Below are positions 56,433 through 64,000 of a stretch of 64,000 nt of DNA, one piece after another. The position numbers and the translations under genes are program-made. The notes below the pieces were generated by a model, which saw only the letters and a list, made by a program, of their open reading frames with translations, ran no database searches and was not told where the DNA came from. This DNA comes from a bacterium. Lineage in GTDB: Bacteria > UBA8248. Each line of letters opens with the position of its first letter. Positions within the stretch are counted from its first letter, which is position 1. The stretch is taken from the NCBI GenBank assembly GCA_965219955.1, contig OZ244799.1, positions 3,232,001 to 3,296,000 of the forward strand, given 5' to 3'.

Positions 56433-57524
56433 TCACTCCTTCTGCATCGATAAGGCCGCCTTTTCTCCGAGCCCGACCACGCCGCGGCCGCCTTCGATCT
56501 CGACCACCGTTCCGTATCCCGCCGACATGTCGGAAACTTCTCCCAAAATCCGCGCCGCATCCTCCGGTCCGGCGAGGAGCGGGTGTCCTGACGAGTCCAG
56601 AACGAGCGGCGTGAGCGACAACTCGCGCACTCCCTCCACCCCGAGCCGGGCCTCCACCAGGAGTTCGTCTTTCGACATGAAATCGTACACGTTCCTGGAC
56701 ATGCCTTCGGGAAGATCGTGAAACAGGAAATTGCTCACGCCGTAGACGATCGGCGTGCTCCCGGCCACCTCCACCGGCTGGATGCAGTGGGCGTGGTGGC
56801 CGACGATGAGGTCCGCGCCCGCTGCGGCGAGAGCGCCTCCGGCGTCGCGCTGGTAATCCATGAGGGCGCTCACGTTCGGCAACCCCCAGTGGGGCAGGAC
56901 GACCACGATATCGGAGGAGCGTTTCGCCTCGCGCACCGCGTTCTGGAGAGTCCAGACGTCATCGGGGGAGGCGAAAGTCATAGCGGGAGGCGGCGTGCCC
57001 GGCTGCTCCTGGGTCCTCGCGCTCGGCTCGACCACCCAGGCCGTGAAGACGTGCAGCGGATTCACGCCCGGCCTGCTTTCTCCCGCCGCGCTTCCCAGCG
57101 GAAGCGTGGCCGCGCACGCCAGAAAAGCCACGCGGATGCCCCCCGCCTCCAAAACCAGCGGACGCGACGCTTCCTCGATGTCCCTGCCCGCCCCCACATA
57201 GGGGATTCCTCCGCTTCGCAGAACCTCGAGAGTGTCCAGGAGGGCGTCGGGACCGTAATCGAGCATGTGGTTGTTCGCAATCGTGACGCAATCGACCCCC
57301 AGGTGATGCAGATCTTCGGCGCGCTCGGGGGCCGCCCGCATGCGGACGATCTTCTCGGCCGGCGCGCCCCGCCTTGAGAGCGGCATCTCCAGAACGCACA
57401 CCGAGAGATCCGCCGCTCGTAGCCGATCAAGGACCATTTCAAGGCCGGGTTCATCCCGGGGGAGTGGGCGGTTGACCCAGAAGTCTCCCGCGACGGCCAG
57501 GATGATCGTATCGGCTGCGCTCAT
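56433..57524 (-). CDS. CapA-family metallophosphoesterase (paralog 1)
   Basis: VAGD, IANNHMLDYG, PHWG, GHHAH, YGVSNF; the ATG overlaps the lyase stop (ATGA). Confidence 0.9.
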   Translation of the reverse strand: MSAADTIILAVAGDFWVNRPLPRDEPGLEMVLDRLRAADLSVCVLEMPLSRRGAPAEKIVRMRAAPERAEDLHHLGVDCVTIANNHMLDYGPDALLDTLEVLRSGGIPYVGAGRDIEEASRPLVLEAGGIRVAFLACAATLPLGSAAGESRPGVNPLHVFTAWVVEPSARTQEQPGTPPPAMTFASPDDVWTLQNAVREAKRSSDIVVVLPHWGLPNVSALMDYQRDAGGALAAAGADLIVGHHAHCIQPVEVAGSTPIVYGVSNFLFHDLPEGMSRNVYDFMSKDELLVEARLGVEGVRELSLTPLVLDSSGHPLLAGPEDAARILGEVSDMSAGYGTVVEIEGGRGVVGLGEKAALSMQKE

Positions 57525-58921
57525 CGCTTCTTGCCCATCCGCAGGTAGCGCCCGTCCGTGCGTCTGAGACGGGCGATTCGCGCAAGCGCCCGGTCTACCT
57601 GCTGCGGGCAGGTACCGATGTAGCTTTCCGGTTTCGTGACCTCGTCGATTTCCCCGGCGGTGAGGTGTTTTCGTGCGACCGGATCCTCGAGGAGGCACTC
57701 CTTGAGCGAGCGCCCCTCTTCCCTCGCCAGCTGGGCGGCGTCATGGCAGATGGTATGCGCTTCGACCTTTCGCTTCGTCTTCTGGTACAGGCGAAGCATC
57801 ACCGCTTCGGTCATGGTGAGCTCCCGTTGAAGTTCGAGATTGCGCCTCATGGCTTTCTTGTCGACGATGAGACCGCCGTATATCCGCTTGGCCGCCGCGA
57901 TAGCGGATGACGCCAGACCGAAGCTCTCGGCGATTCGCGAGAATTCCACGGCGTAGCGGCTCGCGTCGCGCTCGTGCTGTTGCTGGACGTCCATCATCGC
58001 GAGCGCGTTCGTCCGTGAGAGCTTGGCGAGTCCCTCCTGCCATTCGCTCGTCTCGGGATTGCGCTTGTGAGGGAAGGTGCTGCTGCTGTGCTGGTGTTCG
58101 ATGTCCCAGGGCTCCGCCACCTCGGCCACTTCGGTCCGCTGGAGGTCGCGGAGGTCCATCCCGGCTTCCCCCAGCGTCGAATTGATCAGCGCGAGGATGT
58201 TGAGCAGCTCCGCGAAGCGGTCCGTGCGGTGGTGCATGCTCATGTAGGGAACATGGAGCGCCAGCCGCCTGGCCACCAGCGTTTCCATTCGCCGGGTGGT
58301 CCGGAGGTCGCTCAGGTAGACGAAAGTGGACTGGGCGCCGGTTCCCGAAGAGACGTTCGCGTAAAAAAGCCGCTTGCTGCACTCCTTCAGCCGCTCGATG
58401 TGATCCCGTATCTCGCTGCAGAGAATCGCCATCTTCTGGCCGTATGTGACGGGAGAGGCCTGCTGACCCTCCGTCCGACCGGCCATGACGGTGGCGCGGT
58501 GGCGCCGGGCCAGACGGACGAGGATGGATTCGAGCTCTCGAAGCTCCTTGAGCAGGAGGACGTAAGACTCGCGGATCTGCAGCGTCAGTCCGCCGTCGAG
58601 GATGTCCTGGGTCGTCGTCCCGAGATGGAAATATTCCCCTTCCGGCCCCGCCGTCTTCGCGAAAGCATGAACCAGCGAGACGATCCAGTGGCGCGCCTTC
58701 TCGAACTCGCGGAAGACGAGGAGGGGAGTGACCTTCTTCGCGTCGCAACCGCGTACGATGGCCCTGGACGCCCATTTCGGGATCATCTTCAGTTCCCCTT
58801 GCGCCCAGGCGATGGCCGCTTCCACGTCGAGCCACTTCTGGACCATGTTCTCTTCTGTCCAGACAGCCCGCATCTCGGGCGTGGCGTAATAATCACGAAG
58901 CAACAGGCACTGATCTTTCAT
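57521..58921 (-). CDS. Adenylosuccinate-lyase-like protein (fumarase/aspartase superfamily), probably not canonical PurB
   Basis: HLGTTTQDI, AGRTEGQQA, SSTFPHKRNP signature, HERD. Confidence 0.85.
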   Translation of the reverse strand: MKDQCLLLRDYYATPEMRAVWTEENMVQKWLDVEAAIAWAQGELKMIPKWASRAIVRGCDAKKVTPLLVFREFEKARHWIVSLVHAFAKTAGPEGEYFHLGTTTQDILDGGLTLQIRESYVLLLKELRELESILVRLARRHRATVMAGRTEGQQASPVTYGQKMAILCSEIRDHIERLKECSKRLFYANVSSGTGAQSTFVYLSDLRTTRRMETLVARRLALHVPYMSMHHRTDRFAELLNILALINSTLGEAGMDLRDLQRTEVAEVAEPWDIEHQHSSSTFPHKRNPETSEWQEGLAKLSRTNALAMMDVQQQHERDASRYAVEFSRIAESFGLASSAIAAAKRIYGGLIVDKKAMRRNLELQRELTMTEAVMLRLYQKTKRKVEAHTICHDAAQLAREEGRSLKECLLEDPVARKHLTAGEIDEVTKPESYIGTCPQQVDRALARIARLRRTDGRYLRMGKKR

Positions 58922-58971
58922 TTCTTCTCCGCGGCTATCCGTTGTTTGGAGGAATGAATGGAATCAAAAAC

Positions 58972-60357
58972 TCAATCCAGCGATGGTTGAACAAAACGGC
59001 CGCTGCCCGGCGGGACCACCAAATCTCCGTCTCTGGCGATCAGCTCCCCGCGCAGAAAGGTCATCACCGGCGCGCCCACAAAAGTTCTGTCGGCGAAGGC
59101 CGTGTAATTTCCTTTGCTTTTCCCCTTCACCGGATCGACGAACACGGTCCGCTCCATGTCGACCACCACGAGATCGGCGTCCGCTCCCGCACGGATCGTC
59201 CCCTTTTTCGGGTACAGGCGGAAAATCCTCGCCGGCGCCTCGCACAAGCGCGCAACGAGCGTCGGAAGCGGCAGGACACCCTGATTCACTTCGTTCAGCA
59301 TCGAGGGCAGAAAAATTTCGAGGCCGGGTCCGCCGGGCGGAGCGATCCATATGTTTTCGTTGTTCTTGAGCTCGTTAATCTGGGGGGCGTGATCGGTTCC
59401 CATGGTGTCGATGGTTCCGTCCAGGAACCCTTCGCGGAGGGCATCGCGATCGGCGGCCGTCTTGACGGGCGGGCTGAATTTCCCCCATGAACCCACCGCG
59501 TGAAGGTCCTTGTCGCACAAGAGCAGATTGCCCGGCGCGACCTCGGAGGTGATCTTCGGATTTTTCTTCTTCGCGTTGCGGATGAGTTGAACCGCTTCGG
59601 CGCCGATAACGTGACAGATATGCAGACGGGCACCCGTTGCCGTGGACATGGTGAGGGCTTCGAAGACCGCGAGCTCTTCGGCGAAATTCGGCCGGCTCAG
59701 ACGCCAGGCGTCGATGTCCGGCTTCATCGTTTCCTTGCATCGCCTGGTGAAGAGCTCGAGGATCGGATTTGATTCGGCGTGGATTCCAATCTGTCCATCG
59801 AAGCCCGCGATTTCCTCGAACAGCAGGAAGAGCTTGTCGATGTCGACCGTAATGTAATTTGCGAAATCTTCCTTGAAGGCCCCCGTTACGGCGGTGAAAA
59901 TCTTGTAGCCGATCGCGCCCAGCTCATGGAAGTGATGGAGCTCTTTTCGGTTCTGATCGCAAGCCCAGGCGTACAGGGCGATATCCGCGTACGTGCGATT
60001 TTCGATGAGCGCTTTTCGTTCGAGAAAATCCTCGGGCGTGAGAACATCGGGTATGCCGTTTGGCATCTGCATCACCGTCGTCACGCCGCCGACGGCGGCG
60101 CTGGCCGTTCCGGTGGTGAAGTCTTCCTTTTCGGATTCCCCCATGTCGCGCAGGTGTACGTGGGGGTCGATGATTCCCGGCAGAAGGTATTTCCCCCCGA
60201 GATCGATTTCCTCCGCACCTCCCCCGGGGAGAGCGCCTTCTTCGAGCGAAGCAATCCGCCCGTCGCGCAGGGCCACGTTGGCGCGGCGAATCTCTTCGGG
60301 CGTCACGACATTTGCGTTCATCAGGTTGTAATCACGGTTCACGTCTTGGGGCGTCAT
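58972..60357 (-). CDS. Dihydroorotase/allantoinase-family cyclic amidohydrolase
   Basis: DPHVHLRD, GGVTTVMQMPN, YKIF, HAE, ICHV, GTDHAP. Confidence 0.9.
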   Translation of the reverse strand: MTPQDVNRDYNLMNANVVTPEEIRRANVALRDGRIASLEEGALPGGGAEEIDLGGKYLLPGIIDPHVHLRDMGESEKEDFTTGTASAAVGGVTTVMQMPNGIPDVLTPEDFLERKALIENRTYADIALYAWACDQNRKELHHFHELGAIGYKIFTAVTGAFKEDFANYITVDIDKLFLLFEEIAGFDGQIGIHAESNPILELFTRRCKETMKPDIDAWRLSRPNFAEELAVFEALTMSTATGARLHICHVIGAEAVQLIRNAKKKNPKITSEVAPGNLLLCDKDLHAVGSWGKFSPPVKTAADRDALREGFLDGTIDTMGTDHAPQINELKNNENIWIAPPGGPGLEIFLPSMLNEVNQGVLPLPTLVARLCEAPARIFRLYPKKGTIRAGADADLVVVDMERTVFVDPVKGKSKGNYTAFADRTFVGAPVMTFLRGELIARDGDLVVPPGSGRFVQPSLD

Positions 60358-62360
60358 CGCTGTTCCTCTTGTGATGGGTAAGTAGACGTAACCTCATCCG
60401 CTCCCGCTCCGCGCCGGAAACGCAAGGAAGCATCTACGGATCTCCAGCGTTGCCAGGCGACTACGGCCAGCAACAGGATGAAGCCGGTTCCGTTCATTGT
60501 AATCGAGTAAGGGATAAACAAAAGCCCGGAGGCCACCAGGAGCATGCGCTCCACGATGTGAAGCTCCCGCAGCATTCTTCCCTGGACGCCGTAAGTGAAG
60601 GCCAGGATCCCCAGGAGGGAAGTCCCGACAGCGTAAACCACTTCCCCGGGGCTTCCGATAAAAACGAGGCCGGGGCTGTATACGAACATGAACGGGACGA
60701 TGAACGCCGCCAGCCCGATGCGTATCGCCAGGAATCCCGTCCGCAGCGGAGGCGCCTTGGCTATGGCGGCGCCCGCGTATGCGGCCAATGCGACCGGCGG
60801 GGTGATCGCCGAAATAATGCCGGAATACAAGACGAAGAGGTGCGCCGATATCTTGGGCACGCCCGCCTTCACCAGGGAAGGCGCGATCAGCACCGCCAGA
60901 ATAATGTAGGCCGGCATCGTGGGCATCCCCATCCCGAGCAGAATGCTGGTCACCATGCCGATCACCAGCATCGGAAGCAAAGCTTCATGAGCCAGTTCGA
61001 GGAGGGCGAAGGAAACCTTCGCCCCCAGGCCCGTCAGCGTGAAGATGCTCACCACGATTCCCGCGCACGCGCAGGCTAGCGCGACCTGCAACGTGGCCAT
61101 TGTTCCCGCACGAAGCGCGTCGAGGATCTGCCGGGGCGACAAGCGACTGGCGGCTTTCAGGGAGCTGACGGCGACCGTAGCCACAATCGCCCAGAAACCC
61201 GATTTCGTCGGGGACCAGTGCATGTACATCAACATGAAAACGAGAATGACCGGGGGGGCGAGAAAGGGCCAGCCTTCCGAGAGGAGCCGCAGCGGCCTGG
61301 GGAGCTCCGACCGATCCATCCCCCGAAGCCCCAGGCGCACGGCTTCGAGGTCCACGGCGATGAACACCGCGACGTAATAGAGGATGGCGGGCAGCAGCGC
61401 CATGACGATAATCTCTCTGTATGTGACGTGGATCATCTCGATCATGATGAAAACGGCCGCACCCATGATGGGGGGCATGAACTGGCCGCCTGTCGAGGAC
61501 ACCGCCTCGACCGCAGCGGCGAAGGTGGGCTGGTACCCCAGACGCTTCATCATCGGTATGGTGAACGTCCCCGTGCCCACGACGTTGGCCGTGGCGCTGC
61601 CCGATATCGTGCCGAAAAGAGTGCTCCCCACAACCGCGACTTTCGCCGGTCCGCCCCGCACTCGCCCGAAAAGCCCGAAGGCGAGATCGATGAAAAACCG
61701 GCCCGCGCCGGTCTCTTGAAGAAATGCCCCGAAGGTGATGAACAGAATGACGAATGTGGCTGAAACCCCGATCGGAAACCCGTAAATACCTTCCGTACTG
61801 GTGTAGGAGTGCTGCAGAATCCGCCCCCAGTCGTAACCGCGGTGCCCGAAGATGCCCGGCATGTTCGGACCCCAATAGGCGTAGACAACGAATGCCACGG
61901 CGACCAGCGGCAGCGTCCAGCCGATGACCCTCCGGGTTGCTTCGAGAACCAGGATGATGGCGACGATTCCGAGGAGCATGTCCGTTAAGTTCGGGTTCCC
62001 GTCCCGGAAGGTGAGCACGTGGTATTGATCGATGATGTAGAGGCCTATGGTGATGCTTCCGATAACGAGAAGGGTGTCGAGCGCTCGACCGAAAACATAG
62101 TACCGCTCCTTCGTTGCAGTCGGGTAAAGGAGGTATGTGAGAACCAGGATCGGACTCAAGTGAATCGAGCGCTGAATGAGCGCTCCGTACGCACCGGCGA
62201 AACCCGTGTACAGGTGGAAAACCGCCACTGCAATGGCCAGCCAGGTGATGACCGGGTTGAGGAAACGCTCGAAGGCGTTGTCCGGGCGTACCCGGCCGTG
62301 AACGATTGCCCCCGCCTCTTCCGGATCCGGCGGTTGTTTCGGTTCGCCATTCGCATCCAC
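60354..62360 (-). CDS. TAXI-TRAP fused permease (DctQM 4TM/12TM)
   Basis: GGPAKVAV, ISGSATANV, STGGQFMPPIMGA, ITPPVALAAY. Confidence 0.93.
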   Translation of the reverse strand: MDANGEPKQPPDPEEAGAIVHGRVRPDNAFERFLNPVITWLAIAVAVFHLYTGFAGAYGALIQRSIHLSPILVLTYLLYPTATKERYYVFGRALDTLLVIGSITIGLYIIDQYHVLTFRDGNPNLTDMLLGIVAIILVLEATRRVIGWTLPLVAVAFVVYAYWGPNMPGIFGHRGYDWGRILQHSYTSTEGIYGFPIGVSATFVILFITFGAFLQETGAGRFFIDLAFGLFGRVRGGPAKVAVVGSTLFGTISGSATANVVGTGTFTIPMMKRLGYQPTFAAAVEAVSSTGGQFMPPIMGAAVFIMIEMIHVTYREIIVMALLPAILYYVAVFIAVDLEAVRLGLRGMDRSELPRPLRLLSEGWPFLAPPVILVFMLMYMHWSPTKSGFWAIVATVAVSSLKAASRLSPRQILDALRAGTMATLQVALACACAGIVVSIFTLTGLGAKVSFALLELAHEALLPMLVIGMVTSILLGMGMPTMPAYIILAVLIAPSLVKAGVPKISAHLFVLYSGIISAITPPVALAAYAGAAIAKAPPLRTGFLAIRIGLAAFIVPFMFVYSPGLVFIGSPGEVVYAVGTSLLGILAFTYGVQGRMLRELHIVERMLLVASGLLFIPYSITMNGTGFILLLAVVAWQRWRSVDASLRFRRGAGADEVTSTYPSQEEQR

Positions 62361-62381
62361 TGCACGACTCCCTCGAGGTGA

Positions 62382-62413
62382 TCGGCGCCCCCGCTCTCAG
62401 GCGGGAGCGCCGA
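62382..62413 (-). terminator. GC-rich hairpin between TAXI SBP and permease (attenuating or stabilising)
   Basis: TCGGCGCCCCCGC-TCTCAG-GCGGGAGCGCCGA; no U-tract. Confidence 0.5.
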
Positions 62414-62430
62414 AATACCCGTGCGGCAAA

Positions 62431-63399
62431 TTATTTAATGCCCTTTTCCTTGAAGTAACGCGCAGCGCCGGGATGAATGGGAATGGGAATTTTCCCGGCG
62501 GAACCGGGAAGCTTGTACTTCGACCCGGCGCGGTGAATGGCGGCGAGCTCGGCGGTCTTCTCGAGGACCGTTTTCGTCACCGCGTAGACCGTCGCGTTGT
62601 CCATGTCCGCGTGGGTGATGACGATGGTCGCCGACGCCATCGCCCCGACGTCTCCCTTCATGCCGCCGTAAGTGCCCTTGGGAATGCTCGAAGGCGTCCA
62701 GTATGGATGTACCTTATTGATTTTCTTCATGTCCTCCATAGAGACGGGGACCAATCTCACGTCGTGCGTCGAAGTGATGTCTTTTACCGCGCCTCCCGGA
62801 ATTCCGGCGAGTTGAATGGTCGCGTCAATGGTTCCGTCCTTGAGCGCCGCGACAGCTTCCGTCTGGGTCAGATGATCCGTTCGGGCGAACTGCTTGGTGC
62901 TGATCCCCAGGACCTCCAGCATCGCCACGCCCATCACCGCCGTGGAGCTTCCAGGCTGGCCGATGGATATCCGTTTTCCTTTATAGTCATACAAACTCTT
63001 GATGCCCGACTTCCTGAGCGTCACGAAATGCTCGATGCTGGCGTGGCCGCTCATCAGTGCGCGGAGCTTGTATTTTTCTCCCGGCTTGAATCGCCCGCCT
63101 CCTTTCACCGCGAAGTAGGCGGCGTCCGGGGTCGTCAGGCCAAAATCGGCCCTTTTGGTTCCGATGAGGCGCGTGTTGCCGAAACCGCCTCCCGTGACTT
63201 CGGCGTTCGCCCGCATCCCCGGAATGTATTTGGACAATAACTTGGCCATTCCGGTTGCGACCACGATGTACGTTCCACCCGAAGCGCCGCCGGCGATGGT
63301 GACGAACTTCTTGGCGGCTTGGGCGGAAGAAATCGTCATCGCCAAAACGGCGATGACCACCACTGCGAACTGAATGAACGTCTTCATTGCGCGTATCAT
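62431..63399 (-). CDS. TAXI family TRAP substrate-binding protein
   Basis: Signal peptide, GGASGGTY, TGGGFGN, LKDGTIDA, PIHPGAARYFKE; GGAGG RBS. Confidence 0.93.
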   Translation of the reverse strand: MIRAMKTFIQFAVVVIAVLAMTISSAQAAKKFVTIAGGASGGTYIVVATGMAKLLSKYIPGMRANAEVTGGGFGNTRLIGTKRADFGLTTPDAAYFAVKGGGRFKPGEKYKLRALMSGHASIEHFVTLRKSGIKSLYDYKGKRISIGQPGSSTAVMGVAMLEVLGISTKQFARTDHLTQTEAVAALKDGTIDATIQLAGIPGGAVKDITSTHDVRLVPVSMEDMKKINKVHPYWTPSSIPKGTYGGMKGDVGAMASATIVITHADMDNATVYAVTKTVLEKTAELAAIHRAGSKYKLPGSAGKIPIPIHPGAARYFKEKGIK

Positions 63400-63518
63400 T
63401 TTCCGTCCTCCTTGGTTGGGTAGACAAAGAGCCTTCCTTGCTCTCCCGGAAGGATAATGAAGCAACAACAAGAGTCCGTATCCAAATGATTCGCAATAAA
63501 TTTCCGAAAGCAGGATTT

Positions 63519-64000
63519 CTATGCCTGGGTTTCCATCCAGCCCAGGGACGCCGAAACCTCCCGGGCGGCTTCGACGACCTGGACAGCAAGGATTTCCCGG
63601 TTCGAGTTCTCGATCCGGTGAACCGGGGCCGAGAGCGTCATGGAAGCCGCAACATCGCCGCGTTCATCCAGTACCGGTGCGGAAACCGCCCTGGCCCCGA
63701 CGATGAACTCCTGATCGCTGTACGCGTAGCCCTTCTCACGAATCTCCTCGATCTGTTTTCTTAACTCGGCGGGGTCGGTAATCGTGTTTTCCGTCACCCT
63801 CGAGAGCTTCTGCTGCACGATCGTTTCGATATCACGATCCGGCAAAAAGGCGAGCAGGGCTTTCGACGCCGCCCCGACGTGCAGTGGCCGCACCTCTCCC
63901 ACGAAAAACCGGGAGATGATCCTTTGGCGGCTTTCGATGCTCTCGATGCAAATGGTTTCCCGGCCCGACTTGATGCACAGGAATGTTGTTTCCCCCGTTT
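63519..64000 (-). CDS. IclR family regulator (C-terminal part; N-terminus beyond window)
   Basis: PLHVGAASKALLA, IREKGYA, GARAVSAPV. Confidence 0.88.
   Translation of the reverse strand, partial: TGETTFLCIKSGRETICIESIESRQRIISRFFVGEVRPLHVGAASKALLAFLPDRDIETIVQQKLSRVTENTITDPAELRKQIEEIREKGYAYSDQEFIVGARAVSAPVLDERGDVAASMTLSAPVHRIENSNREILAVQVVEAAREVSASLGWMETQA

Noticed and set aside
55320-57524. CapA pair as poly-gamma-glutamate capsule synthesis
   Set aside because: No capB/capC genes and no membrane anchor; the context is catabolic.

Overview
This is a high-GC (roughly 65% by eye) bacterial chromosomal window, mostly metabolic and transport genes. The large lipoprotein ankyrin protein, abundant TRAP/TAXI transporters, haloalkane dehalogenase and Xsc-like enzyme are suggestive of a host-associated (e.g. 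sponge) symbiont; this is inference only. From left to right it contains: a transglutaminase / alpha-E / circularly permuted ATP-grasp operon; a TRAP system with enlarged DctQ and DctM; chrA; an LLM oxidoreductase and a hydantoinase; a DsrE-family gene with an in-frame UGA in a UxxC motif plus a SECIS-like hairpin (probable selenoprotein); a 1488-aa modular ankyrin lipoprotein; a low-GC island of about 3.9 kb bounded by imperfect inverted repeats, carrying an uncharacterised coupled three-gene operon (candidate chaperone / antitoxin / ART-like toxin defence module) convergent with HigB-HigA/ImmA; housekeeping and catabolic genes; hipBA with four phased operators; rlmD-lexA-dinB; uvrA; and an IclR-TAXI-amidohydrolase-lyase-2xCapA-2xSDR operon. 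Several intergenic regions are mosaics of REP-like palindromes punctuated by a conserved 15-bp IS-end-like motif. No rRNA, tRNA, CRISPR array or transposase was seen.
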